From Acidimicrobiia bacterium (GTDB lineage Bacteria; Actinomycetota; Acidimicrobiia; Spongiisociales; ZC4RG35), in the NCBI GenBank assembly GCA_965215185.1, contig OZ244034.1, forward strand, positions 1,856,001-1,920,000: a DNA stretch of 64,000 nucleotides. Reading direction: 5' to 3'. The stretch's first letter is position 1. Each line of letters begins with the position of its first letter. The notes under the pieces are model-generated. The model was not told the origin of the DNA and did no database searches. It saw only the letters and a program-made list of their open reading frames with translations. Of the stretch, positions 38,272-48,118 are shown in pieces. A program made the position numbers and the translations under genes.

Positions 38272-38583
38272 ATGGCAGAGACGGCGGTGAGAAGCCGACG
38301 TCGCTACCTGGTGTTGTACACCCGCCCGCAGTGCCACCTGTGCGCGGTGGCGGAGCCTCGGGTGCGACGGGCCGCGATTCTGATAGGTATGGCGGTGCAA
38401 ACAGTGAACATCGATGACCAGCCTGATCTGGCGGTCGACTACGGACTTAGGATCCCGGTGGTTGAGGGTTCAAACGGGGAGGTGTTGGCCGAGGGGCAGT
38501 TCAGCACTTGGCGGCTGTGGTCGGCGATCCTGCGAAGAAGGTGGGGTCCCAGATCCCGGCAGGCGGGTCCCGAGGCGGGTTGA
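38272..38583 (+). CDS. Glutaredoxin-like protein (DUF836)
   Basis: LYTRPQCHLC, VNIDD, YGLRIPV. Confidence 0.85.
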   Translation: MAETAVRSRRRYLVLYTRPQCHLCAVAEPRVRRAAILIGMAVQTVNIDDQPDLAVDYGLRIPVVEGSNGEVLAEGQFSTWRLWSAILRRRWGPRSRQAGPEAG

Positions 38584-38602
38584 CCCGCCTCCAATGATCA
38601 GC

Positions 38603-39640
38603 CTATTCCGCCTCGGTCTCTGCGGTTTCGGCCTGGTCGGGCTCCCCGGTCCCCTCTTGCCCTCCTCCTTCACCTGGCGGCTCTTCGCCGACGATCAAGC
38701 CGCACTCCTGCAGAGTCTCATCGGGGTCGGCCCCTCCGAAGCGGATCCGCTCGAAGGCCACCACCGAGGCTATTTCCTCTGCGGTGTTGCTGGTGCCGAA
38801 GGCGGACATGAAGCCGCCTCCACCCACAGGTTTGGCCAGATCGCCATAGGTATCGATTCCCGCGTCCAGAAAACCCCCGGTGGCCAGAGTCACCCACTCT
38901 ATGTGGTCCGAGCAACTGGAGAATGTGGATAGCACGGTGGCGAGCGCCGGCCCCACTCCCCCTTCGCCGTTGGCCCCATGACATCCCGCACAGGTCTCGA
39001 AAATCGCTTCCCCCACCACCAGAAATTCACCCGCCGGGTCTTCCGCCCGACCGGTGAATTCGCTGCCGTCGCAGTTGACCACCGTGGCATTGAGCCGATC
39101 GACCGCCAACTCCACACCTCCATCAACACAACCCGCCCGCGCCGAGTTCCCCGCCAGATACAGCAAACCGATAGTAGGTATCACCAGGAATAGGGCGGCG
39201 AGCCAACGAGGCAGACTGGATGAGGTTCTCTCGGTCAGGTGAGCGGTCGGCACCGACACCACCACCGGGAAAGAAACCGCTTCTTTGAGGGTGACCTCCG
39301 ACGGCGTCGGCGGTGGGGCGGCCACGATGGGGACGGAGGGAACAGGGGCAGCGGTGGGGATCGCCGGGGTAGGCGCCGTGGGAATCGCAACAGGCGGGGG
39401 GGTGGCAGGCGGGGTAGGCGCCATCGCCGCAGTTGCGGTGGGGGCGGCCGCAGTTGGCGCGGCGGGGGTGGGCGCAGAGGCCGGAGCGGAGGCTGCTGGA
39501 GCAGATCCGCCACCTGCCCAAGCCGCCAGAATCTCCTCGACGGGGACCCCGCTTGCGGCCGACCGCGCTTCGGCCGAGCGCTGGACTAAAACCTCCGGGG
39601 CGCCCATGGCTTCAGCCGCTCTGGCCAGATTTTCACTCAT
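38603..39640 (-). CDS. Membrane-anchored c-type cytochrome with shared N-terminal module and Pro/Ala linker
   Basis: CAGCH..GEGGVGPAL, MSAF; one TM helix. Confidence 0.85.
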   Translation of the reverse strand: MSENLARAAEAMGAPEVLVQRSAEARSAASGVPVEEILAAWAGGGSAPAASAPASAPTPAAPTAAAPTATAAMAPTPPATPPPVAIPTAPTPAIPTAAPVPSVPIVAAPPPTPSEVTLKEAVSFPVVVSVPTAHLTERTSSSLPRWLAALFLVIPTIGLLYLAGNSARAGCVDGGVELAVDRLNATVVNCDGSEFTGRAEDPAGEFLVVGEAIFETCAGCHGANGEGGVGPALATVLSTFSSCSDHIEWVTLATGGFLDAGIDTYGDLAKPVGGGGFMSAFGTSNTAEEIASVVAFERIRFGGADPDETLQECGLIVGEEPPGEGGGQEGTGEPDQAETAETEAE

Positions 39641-40463
39641 CGGATCCGCCGTCGGTCAAGACTCGGGACTCCACCAGGTAAGCCACCAAAGAATCCATCG
39701 AACTGCCCCCGTAGGACAAATGCCCACCCTCACCCGAGAGCACCGCTTGGATGTCGTCGGGCGCCATCCGGTTCCCTACATTGGCCAAGTCCGGGCCATA
39801 ACGCTGCCGCCCGATCACTTGGTTGGAGTCGGACAGCGTCACCCCGCCCTGTCCCGCCAAGGCGGCCAATTGGGCGTCGGCAATTATGGGGCGGACCATT
39901 TGGGTATGGCAGGCCGCACACCCCTCCGCCAGATACTCGCCCTGACCCTGCAGAGCCATCTCACTATAGGGGATCTCGGAGTGGAGCACTCCCCTACCCA
40001 AACCCGAGATCGTGGGGACCACCAAGGTGATGGCCAGGCACAGGACCAACAGGGCGGCTGCGCCGAAGAAATACCGCAAAGGCCGATCCACCCGACCCGT
40101 CAAGATCGGGGGCGGTCCCTCGACCGTCGGGGCATAGACCACTACCGGTCTCTGAGGAGGAGAGGATACCGTAGCCGCGACGGCGGCAGGAGCGGCTGCC
40201 GGGGCCTCAGAGGGTGCGGGAGTGGCAGCAGGTACGGGCGCAGGGCGTGCAACGGCAGGCTCGAGTTCGGCGCGGGCAGGCGACGGTGCGGGGGCGGCGG
40301 CAGGCGGTGCTTCAGGGGCGGGTTCCGGTCCCTGTCCCGCCCAAGCTCTCAGGATTTCTTCGACAGAGACGCCACTGGCGCTGGCCCGGGCTTCTGCGGA
40401 GCGTTGCACCAACTCGGTGGGAGCTCCCACGACCTGCGCGGCGGCCTCCAACAGCTCGCTCAT
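39633..40463 (-). CDS. cbb3-type oxidase subunit II (CcoO/FixO)-like cytochrome c
   Basis: YLAEGCAACHTQMVRP, RYGPDLANVG; shared N-terminal module. Confidence 0.85.
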   Translation of the reverse strand: MSELLEAAAQVVGAPTELVQRSAEARASASGVSVEEILRAWAGQGPEPAPEAPPAAAPAPSPARAELEPAVARPAPVPAATPAPSEAPAAAPAAVAATVSSPPQRPVVVYAPTVEGPPPILTGRVDRPLRYFFGAAALLVLCLAITLVVPTISGLGRGVLHSEIPYSEMALQGQGEYLAEGCAACHTQMVRPIIADAQLAALAGQGGVTLSDSNQVIGRQRYGPDLANVGNRMAPDDIQAVLSGEGGHLSYGGSSMDSLVAYLVESRVLTDGGSDE

Positions 40464-41866
40464 TCTTCTTCCTCTTCCCGCATCTGAGATTCCGACGGTT
40501 CCGATCTGCCGGAATCGGCAGGTTCCTGGTCAGCGGCCAAGGCGAGAATCTCCTGGGCGGCCGGTCGTCCAGAGGTGAAGGTCCTCAACACCGCCAAACA
40601 GAAGGAGAGCTGACCTACCAGCGTCAGCAGACCCGACAGTATGGACAATCCCACCAGCAACGAGGCCATACCCACCAGACTCTCCCAACCATCCCCGGTG
40701 GGGCTGACACCGGTATAGGACCCTCCCGTCCAACCGTAACCCGACATCAGTCCGGCGCCCACCAACAGGGCGGAAGTCAAGCCCACCCCCCAGAAGGTGA
40801 AGCGCAGATGAAGCTGGGCAAGCCCCACTCCGGCCATCTTCCGGCCAGTGATCGACGGAAGCGCCTGATACGACCAAGCCGCCACCAGCAGCCCGCCGGC
40901 TCCGAACAGGGCAGCGTAGAGCACACCGTCCCAAAACGGCGTGAGACCCACCACCGCCGCCGCGGAACGGACGGCGCCGAAGCTGGTCAAAGCCGCGGTC
41001 ATCAAAGCGAAAAAGACACCCGCCAAGGCGGCCGCCACCACGGGACGCGTTCTTCGCTCCGCCCAGAACTGATCGGCGGTCAAGGCGAAGTTGGCGGCGT
41101 TGGCCAAAGCAGACACGGGAAGGGCGAGGGTCATCAGGAATGCCACCGCTTCCAACCAACCGGGAACCGGGCCGAAAACCAAGGGGGCGACTCCCGACCA
41201 TGCCGACGCGAAAGCCAGCGACCAGAAACCCACTCTGGCCAACTGCCGGCTGGCGAGAGGGTTTCCCGTCTCCTTCACCAAGGCGTAGTAGGCAAGCCCG
41301 ATTCCCATTCCCACCACCCACAGGTTGGCGAGTCCAAACAGAGCGACCGACTCGGATAGGGCTCCACCCATCGCCGAGGACGCGGGAAGCGCCCCCACCA
41401 GATACAGCAACGGAAGCCACACCACCCCACCCATGGCATACCACAAAGAAACATAGATATTGGGTTCTTGCCGATGCCGGACCGTAGAGATGGTGACCAA
41501 CATCGGCGTCAGCAGGGTCAGGAACAACGGAAGGGCGACCCACCAGGGAAGAGAGAAAGGACCCGTCCCATCTCCCCAACCCAACAACACCACTACCGCG
41601 CCCACCACGGTCACCAGGGCCGTGGCCACTCCCCCCGCCAATGCCAATCCTTCGCCGCGCAGGCGGGCGCCGGTGAGCCTGGGCAGCAAATAGTAGATTC
41701 CACCGACCAGCGACAGGGTCAACCAGCCCATCACGGCCAGCAGCAGGGCGATCGGGCGGATGCGACCGTAGGAGAAGGGCCCGGTCAGCGTCCCCGGGAA
41801 CCGCAGTTCCACCATCGCCGCCACCCACACGACCCCGGCCAGGGCCAAAAAGGCGGTGGAGATCAC
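40460..41866 (-). CDS. cbb3-type oxidase subunit I (CcoN)-like protein lacking histidine ligands; start uncertain (frame stays open upstream)
   Basis: SYGRIRP, YYLLPRLTG, IYVSLWY, GFWSLAF, about 12 TM helices; only two His in the ORF. Confidence 0.8.
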   Translation of the reverse strand: MISTAFLALAGVVWVAAMVELRFPGTLTGPFSYGRIRPIALLLAVMGWLTLSLVGGIYYLLPRLTGARLRGEGLALAGGVATALVTVVGAVVVLLGWGDGTGPFSLPWWVALPLFLTLLTPMLVTISTVRHRQEPNIYVSLWYAMGGVVWLPLLYLVGALPASSAMGGALSESVALFGLANLWVVGMGIGLAYYALVKETGNPLASRQLARVGFWSLAFASAWSGVAPLVFGPVPGWLEAVAFLMTLALPVSALANAANFALTADQFWAERRTRPVVAAALAGVFFALMTAALTSFGAVRSAAAVVGLTPFWDGVLYAALFGAGGLLVAAWSYQALPSITGRKMAGVGLAQLHLRFTFWGVGLTSALLVGAGLMSGYGWTGGSYTGVSPTGDGWESLVGMASLLVGLSILSGLLTLVGQLSFCLAVLRTFTSGRPAAQEILALAADQEPADSGRSEPSESQMREEEEE

Positions 41867-42181
41867 GATGTGCCATTTGGCAGCGGTATCAGAACCTAAG
41901 GTGTCCGACCACCCAGCGTAAGGCGCGACTCGCTTTTGCGGATGTCCGACTTGATTATTCTTTGTCGTATTCAGAGCGCTACCCCCGGTGGCTCCGGAAA
42001 TGAAAGGTTAGCCATGCTCGCCGCTCCAAAAGATAGCAAGAAAGAAACCCCACCGGGCGCAAGCGGCGCCGAGGGGCGTCAGGGCGGCCTTGGGATGAAA
42101 AAGGGTGCTAAGACTTTGTTTGAAGCACGTTCCGGTGTAAAAATAGAAGTGCTTCGACCCCGGAAGGCCATCTGGTAAGAG

Positions 42182-42811
42182 ATGCACCGCCTCGCTTCTA
42201 TAAGCTACCGAACAAGAATTCTCGTCGGTTGGTCGTCGCTATTGCTGGGAACAGGCCTCCTGGCGGTCGCCGTGCTGTGGATCCACTACTCGAAGCTGCC
42301 GCAGACCGAGATTGTCAACGGAGTGTCGACGGCGGTGGTGGTTGACTACTTCAACTGGATACCCCGAGGCTGGTTCTGGAAAAGCCTCGGTTATCTGGCC
42401 GCCCTGAGCGCCTCCCAGATGATGTTGGTGGGAGCGGCCTTCCTCTGGGTGCTTAACCAAAAGATGACCTGGGCGAGAGCGGCGTTTGCCGCCTTTTTGA
42501 TCTGGATCGAGCTGGTGATGGTGTTCGGGATCGTTCCATCCGAGTGGCTGAACCTCTCTCAGACCGACCTGGACTGGTCGGGACAGCGGATCGCGTTACG
42601 GATCCCTCCGGCCTTGATGCTGGGCAACGAGGTCTCGATTAGTTGGGCGGCCATCAAAGACTCCATTTCAGGCGCCTACAACGTGGGAACGCTGGCCGCC
42701 GCCGGCGTCTTTGCCTACCTGCTCCAGCAGGTCTACAAGCCGCCCAAGAAGCAGGCCGCCAAGGTCAAAGTGTCACCCTATGGGCGGCCGCTGGTGAAGG
42801 GAGATCGTTGA
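42182..42811 (+). CDS. Hypothetical membrane protein, first gene of Rieske/cytochrome b operon
   Basis: Four TM helices, C-terminal SPYGRPLVK; 1 nt from the next gene. Confidence 0.75.
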   Translation: MHRLASISYRTRILVGWSSLLLGTGLLAVAVLWIHYSKLPQTEIVNGVSTAVVVDYFNWIPRGWFWKSLGYLAALSASQMMLVGAAFLWVLNQKMTWARAAFAAFLIWIELVMVFGIVPSEWLNLSQTDLDWSGQRIALRIPPALMLGNEVSISWAAIKDSISGAYNVGTLAAAGVFAYLLQQVYKPPKKQAAKVKVSPYGRPLVKGDR

Positions 42812-42812
42812 G

Positions 42813-43262
42813 ATGCCCCGCGGTGTTGTGGACGAGACCCCGCCCTTTCGCGACGATTACCAGCTCACCCTGGTCGACAACAACTTCTATAACGGAAAGA
42901 TCCGTCCCAAACAGTTTCTCCACATCGATCAGTCCGAATGCATCCTTTGCGAGGGCTGTGTGGACATCTGCCCGTGGAAATGCATCTTTTATCTCTCCAT
43001 GGAGGCCATCGACGAAGCGGTCAATGTCGACGATCCCCGCGAGGACCTCACCAACTATGGTTTCTTCGTTGTCGACGAGAACGAGTGCACCCGTTGCGCC
43101 CTGTGCATCGACCGCTGTCCCACCGGCGTCATCTCACTCGGCAAATTCGAAGGTTCTCTGGCCGCCCAGGCTGAAGAAATGGGGCTCAACTCGTCGCCCT
43201 GGGAGGTGGATACCGGCCAGAGGGACTTCAAACATGGCTATACCTATGGAATGCGCTGGTAA
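42813..43262 (+). CDS. 2x[4Fe-4S] ferredoxin-like protein
   Basis: CILCEGCVDICP and CTRCALCIDRCP. Confidence 0.92.
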   Translation: MPRGVVDETPPFRDDYQLTLVDNNFYNGKIRPKQFLHIDQSECILCEGCVDICPWKCIFYLSMEAIDEAVNVDDPREDLTNYGFFVVDENECTRCALCIDRCPTGVISLGKFEGSLAAQAEEMGLNSSPWEVDTGQRDFKHGYTYGMRW

Positions 43263-43272
43263 GGAGTGAAGC

Positions 43273-44061
43273 GTGAGTAGACAAAACGGCAAACAGGGCC
43301 TTTTGACCAAAGCCCGTACCCATGCGACCGGTTTGATGGGACGGGTCTGGTCCGGCCAGTTCATGGACTCGGTTCTGCGCCCCGGCTCCCCCTTCAAGAA
43401 GGGATACACCGACACTCCTCGTAACCGCTCCTATGTGATCATGAACAACGTGCTGTATCACCTCCATCCGGTGAAGGTGAAACGACACGGTGTGAAGCTC
43501 TCCTACACCCTGTGCCTGGGGGGGATGAGCTTTTTCCTGTTCATTCTCCTGACCATCACCGGCATTTTCCTCATGTTCTATTACGCCCCCACCGCCGAGC
43601 GGGCCTACATAGATGTGCAGGCGCTGTCCACCGACATCGCGTTCGGCTCCCTGATGAGGAACATGCACCGATGGGGCGCCCATCTGATGGTGCTGACCGT
43701 GTTCCTCCACATGTCGAGAGTGTTTTACCACGGGGCTTACAAGCCGCCCCGCGAGTTCAACTGGATAGTGGGAGTCATCCTGTTGCTGTTGACCCTCCTC
43801 CTCTCCTTTACCGGGTATCTGCTTCCCTGGGACCAGTTGGCGCTGTGGGCCGTGACGGTGGGCAGCAACATGGCCGGCTTCGTTCCTGTCATAGGCGCGC
43901 AGGTGAAATTTGCCCTTTTGGGCGGAGTGGAGGTAACCGCGGGAACGCTTTTGCGATGGTATGTGCTCCACGTTCTCTTCCTGCCCTTCATCATCGTGAT
44001 CTTCCTGGCAGTCCATTTCTGGAGAGTCCGCAAAGACGGCGGCATCTCCGGCCCTCTCTAA
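43273..44061 (+). CDS. qcrB: Menaquinol-cytochrome c reductase cytochrome b (split, b6-like N-terminal subunit)
   Basis: [47 protein letters not shown]. Confidence 0.9.
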   Translation: MSRQNGKQGLLTKARTHATGLMGRVWSGQFMDSVLRPGSPFKKGYTDTPRNRSYVIMNNVLYHLHPVKVKRHGVKLSYTLCLGGMSFFLFILLTITGIFLMFYYAPTAERAYIDVQALSTDIAFGSLMRNMHRWGAHLMVLTVFLHMSRVFYHGAYKPPREFNWIVGVILLLLTLLLSFTGYLLPWDQLALWAVTVGSNMAGFVPVIGAQVKFALLGGVEVTAGTLLRWYVLHVLFLPFIIVIFLAVHFWRVRKDGGISGPL

Positions 44062-44080
44062 CCATGCAAGGTATGCGCTA

Positions 44081-45028
44081 GTGCCACAAATCCCTGAAGA
44101 ACTGCTGAGACGCTCCGCCGAGGCGAAGGCCAAAGCGCTGGGTTTGCCGGTGGAACAGGTGCTGGCCGAGATGCGAGGGGAAGCTCCGGTCACCGAGATA
44201 GCCGCCGAGTCGGTGTCGGTGCCCGCTCCCCGCTTCGTTCCCACCACAGCCCGCATCCCTGTTTCCGAGATGCCCCCCGACCCGCAGCCGCCCGACCCCG
44301 CCTCGGCGCCGCCGCCCGCCATCACGGCAGTGGACGAGGTGGAAGAAGCCCAAGCCGAAGTAGCCGAGACTCCCGCCGCTGAAGCCCCCACCGCTTCGGA
44401 ACCGGGCGCGCCGGCCGGGGAGAACAGCGCCGGGAACGGACGGCTGGCGGCGGTCGTGTCGGTTCGACCCTCGGTGCCGCCCACCGACCTGCCCAAAGGC
44501 GTACGCCATCAACGACTGCTCACGGTGGTCAAAGCCCGAGCCATCCAACAGGTAAAGGCCGATCCCACCGACAAGGTGAACACCTGGCCGCATCTGATGA
44601 TCACCGAGTTCACCGCCCTCTTGGCGATGACCGCCTTTCTCCTGGTGCTCTCGGTCATCCTTCAGGCGCCTCTCCTGGAGTCGGCCAACTTCAACTCCAC
44701 CCCCAACCCGTCCAAGGCGCCCTGGTACTTCTTGGGCCTGCAAGAGATGCTCTCCTACTTCGATCCGCAGATCGCCGGGGTGACCGTGCCGACGGTGATC
44801 GGGTTAGTGGGATTCATGATGATTCCCTACATAGACCGCAATCCCTCCACCCGCCCGTCGGACCGCAAACTGGCCATCATGCTTTACACCATCTTCCTGG
44901 CCGGGTCGGCGACCCTCACCATCCTGGGGGTGCTGTTCCGTGGCCCCGGGTTCAACTTCGTCTACCCATGGGTTGATGGGGTGTTCTTCGATGACCTGAA
45001 AGACTGGGTTGATTTTGGTGGGCACTGA
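44081..45028 (+). CDS. Cytochrome b/b6 subunit IV-like protein with N-terminal extension
   Basis: TWPHL, TPNPSKAPWYFLGLQE, PYIDRNP. Confidence 0.85.
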   Translation: MPQIPEELLRRSAEAKAKALGLPVEQVLAEMRGEAPVTEIAAESVSVPAPRFVPTTARIPVSEMPPDPQPPDPASAPPPAITAVDEVEEAQAEVAETPAAEAPTASEPGAPAGENSAGNGRLAAVVSVRPSVPPTDLPKGVRHQRLLTVVKARAIQQVKADPTDKVNTWPHLMITEFTALLAMTAFLLVLSVILQAPLLESANFNSTPNPSKAPWYFLGLQEMLSYFDPQIAGVTVPTVIGLVGFMMIPYIDRNPSTRPSDRKLAIMLYTIFLAGSATLTILGVLFRGPGFNFVYPWVDGVFFDDLKDWVDFGGH

Positions 45029-45056
45029 TGGCCGTTAACTGGATTCGGACGGCCTG

Positions 45057-45920
45057 ATGGGCGGCGTCGAACTGATCATCATCGGTGTGGCGGCGGTCGC
45101 CATCGCCGCCGCGGTGGGTGCCTTCACCATCGCCTTCCGCCGCGCCGAACCCGACCCCGCTTCTCTGTGGCCCAAGAAGCTGGAGCGTGGCGCCCGGAAA
45201 GCGGACCGTTCCACCTCCACCATGGAACTGGTGCTTACCACCGAGGCGGATGCTGTGGACGAGGACGAGGAAGTCGATGCACCAGAATACGAAGCCCCGG
45301 CCCCGGTGGCAGAGCGCTTGGCGCCCATCACCGAATCCCAGGTAATCGTTGAGGCGTCTGCAGAGGAGGTGGGGGTAACCCGCCGACAGTTCTTCAACCG
45401 GTCCCTGGCCGCCATGTCGGTGGCCTGGTTCGGGATCATGGGAATCGAGATCCTGGCCTTCCTGTGGCCCAAGATCACCGGAGGATTCGGAAGCGACGTC
45501 GACGCCGGGAGCGCCGCCGACCTGGTTCCCGAGATGACCGACACCGCGGGCCTGGTAACTCCGGCTTTCATCCCCGACGCCCGCGCCTACGTGGTACCGG
45601 CGCCCGTTGAGATGAGTCAGCAATTCGCTGGCAGAGATGTGGCGGCCGGAGGGCTGATGGCGCTCTACCAGCGGTGCGTCCACCTGGGATGCCGGGTGCC
45701 CTGGTGCGACGACTCCCAGGGCTTCGAATGTCCCTGCCACGGCTCCAAATACAACTCGGTCGGAGAGTATTTTGCTGGCCCCGCACCCCGAAATCTGGAC
45801 CGTTTCTCGGTCCACGTCACCGACGATGGGCGTCTGATAATCAGGACCGGGGTTATAGTGGAAACCCCCCGGGCTAACGCTCAGTCTGTGTCATATCCGC
45901 AAGGCCCCTCCTGCATATAG
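45057..45920 (+). CDS. qcrA: Rieske iron-sulfur subunit
   Basis: CVHLGC and CPCHGS boxes, GPAPR; internal TRRQF Tat motif after an N-terminal TM helix. Confidence 0.9.
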   Translation: MGGVELIIIGVAAVAIAAAVGAFTIAFRRAEPDPASLWPKKLERGARKADRSTSTMELVLTTEADAVDEDEEVDAPEYEAPAPVAERLAPITESQVIVEASAEEVGVTRRQFFNRSLAAMSVAWFGIMGIEILAFLWPKITGGFGSDVDAGSAADLVPEMTDTAGLVTPAFIPDARAYVVPAPVEMSQQFAGRDVAAGGLMALYQRCVHLGCRVPWCDDSQGFECPCHGSKYNSVGEYFAGPAPRNLDRFSVHVTDDGRLIIRTGVIVETPRANAQSVSYPQGPSCI

Positions 45921-45930
45921 GGGAGATATT

Positions 45931-47637
45931 GTGGATTCCTCGCTAGTAATAACCCTGGTGGTGGTGGGAGCCGTAATCTGGCTCTCCTTTTTGGGAGTGG
46001 CCGCCCTGCGCTCCCGACGGCGGGAAGGAATCCCTCCCAACCAGGCGCCGGGCGTCACCGACGACGCTTTGGAAACCCGCCGCCTGGAACGTATCCAACA
46101 GGCCGCCGTCCTGCTGTCGGCCTTCCTGGCGGTGGGGCTGGCTGTTTACTACCTGAGCGAAACCGATCGACAGGAAAGCTTCGTGGACCAGTTCCACGAG
46201 GAGTCGGTGGAACGCGGCGCCGAACTGGTCGGGCCCGACGAGGCCGACTGCTGGAGTTGTCACGGCCCCAGCGGAGTGGGAGGTGTGGCCAGCTATGTGG
46301 AGAAGCGCACCGGGGTGAACGTGTCATGGTCGGCGCCTTCACTCGATGACATCTTCTTGCGTTATGACCGTGACATAATCACCTATTGGGTGACCTATGG
46401 GCGAGGCAACTCCCCCATGCCGCCGTGGGGCACGGTGGGAGGCGGTCCCATGAACGAACAACAGGTTTTCGACATCGTCAACTACCTGGAAAGTATCCAA
46501 CTCTCTCAGCAGAACATCCTCCGCAAGGCCGACACCATCGTGGTGGGTCAGCTGAGTGTTCTGGAGAATGCCGACCAGGCCCTGGAAAAGGCCATTATCG
46601 AACAGCGCCAACTGATCGCCGACATCGAGGCGGCGCCCCGGTACGCCGAGATGATGGCCAATCTGGTAGCGCTCGCCCGCCAGAGCCTGAATGGCTCGGA
46701 CCGGGGGATCGATCGCGACGGTGACAACTTGTCGGACGTTTCAGAAGTGACGATCTCCCAACTGACCGCTGCCGCAGCGGCCCTGTTCGACATCAATCAG
46801 ATCGAGGCTCTGACATTCGATCCGCAGAATCCCGCCACTGACGGCCGTCCCGACGCAGATGTAGCCGACCATGCCATCTCCCATCTGCAGGAGGTGGTGC
46901 CCCAGGTGCCGATTCTCGAGTTGCGCGTGCAGTCCATCAGAACGGCGCTGCTGGCCGAGGACGAGGAGGACTCCGACGGTGACCAACTCTCCGATCGGGC
47001 GGAAAGAGTGCTAACCGCCGAACTGGCCATCGCCAGGACGGCGCTTCGCCCTAATACCTTGACAGTGGTGAACCTCGACCCGGAGCGTGCTTCTTCGGGT
47101 GGGGGAGTCAACGATGATCAAACCGCCGCCACCGCCGTCTCGGGTATGGAGGCCGCCGCCGTAAACCTGGCGGTACGAACCGAAAACGGCGAGCGGCTGC
47201 TCGGTCCGGCCCGGGCGGGACTGGAAGAGTTACTGGCCGCCCAGGAGCAGCGGAAATGGGAGATAGACCTGGAAGGCGTGGCCGCGGCCGCCTTCTTTGG
47301 AAATTCGGAGCAGGCCTCCCGGGCGGTCGGTGTGTTCACCGGGTATTGCGCGCGCTGCCACACTTCCGGCTGGTCGGCGGGGACCCCCTACGCTGCTCAA
47401 CCCGGCTCGGGGGGATTCGGGCCGGCGCTTTGGAAGGGCCGACCGCATGTTCAGTTCCTAAACAAGGAGAAACTGCGCTCCTTCCTGTTGGTGGGAGCGG
47501 TTGCGGACCGGCCTTACGGAGTGAACGGATTCGGAAATGGCCAGATGCCCGCCTTCGGGACGGTGCTCTCATCCGACGACCTGGACCTGCTGGTGGAGTA
47601 CTTGTGGGCAGGGAATCTTAACGGCAAGGGAACCTAA
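45931..47637 (+). CDS. Membrane-bound diheme cytochrome c
   Basis: CWSCH..MPPWG and CARCH..MPAFG; two DxDGDxLSD acidic repeats in the linker. Confidence 0.88.
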   Translation: MDSSLVITLVVVGAVIWLSFLGVAALRSRRREGIPPNQAPGVTDDALETRRLERIQQAAVLLSAFLAVGLAVYYLSETDRQESFVDQFHEESVERGAELVGPDEADCWSCHGPSGVGGVASYVEKRTGVNVSWSAPSLDDIFLRYDRDIITYWVTYGRGNSPMPPWGTVGGGPMNEQQVFDIVNYLESIQLSQQNILRKADTIVVGQLSVLENADQALEKAIIEQRQLIADIEAAPRYAEMMANLVALARQSLNGSDRGIDRDGDNLSDVSEVTISQLTAAAAALFDINQIEALTFDPQNPATDGRPDADVADHAISHLQEVVPQVPILELRVQSIRTALLAEDEEDSDGDQLSDRAERVLTAELAIARTALRPNTLTVVNLDPERASSGGGVNDDQTAATAVSGMEAAAVNLAVRTENGERLLGPARAGLEELLAAQEQRKWEIDLEGVAAAAFFGNSEQASRAVGVFTGYCARCHTSGWSAGTPYAAQPGSGGFGPALWKGRPHVQFLNKEKLRSFLLVGAVADRPYGVNGFGNGQMPAFGTVLSSDDLDLLVEYLWAGNLNGKGT

Positions 47638-47640
47638 GTA

Positions 47641-48000
47641 ATGCGTGAACTGTTTCGCTCGCTGCTATCGGCCAACCTGTTCGTCACCGGGATCATCCTG
47701 CTGGTGACGGCGATCTTGGTCTTCTACGGCACCGTCTACCTTCTCAACTACACCAACCTAGGAAAGAAGCTGGCGTTCCTGGTGACCGGGGCCGGGATCT
47801 CGGCCTGGATGACCATAGGCAGCATGCTCTTCGTCCTCTACGCTCCCCGCGGCCCCCGCCCGGCCAACATCGAGGGACTCAACGCCTTCGAAGTGCGGAT
47901 CATCCCCATCACTTTCACAGTGGTCTCGGCCGTTCTTTTCATCGGATTCCTGGTAGCCCTCCACCAATACGAAGAAGCCCGAGAAAAAGCCGACCTTTAA
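47641..48000 (+). CDS. Small membrane protein, last gene of the operon
   Basis: Three TM helices, 3 nt after the cytochrome c stop. Confidence 0.75.
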   Translation: MRELFRSLLSANLFVTGIILLVTAILVFYGTVYLLNYTNLGKKLAFLVTGAGISAWMTIGSMLFVLYAPRGPRPANIEGLNAFEVRIIPITFTVVSAVLFIGFLVALHQYEEAREKADL

Positions 48001-48118
48001 GGCCCCGGCATTAAGCCGACCCAAGGGGCATCCCTGATCGCAAAGCCTCAAACGGCCCCTCTTTCACATTAAGCTCTGGCGAATGGTCTCTGCTAGACGG
48101 TCCTTTCGTGCCCGGCGC

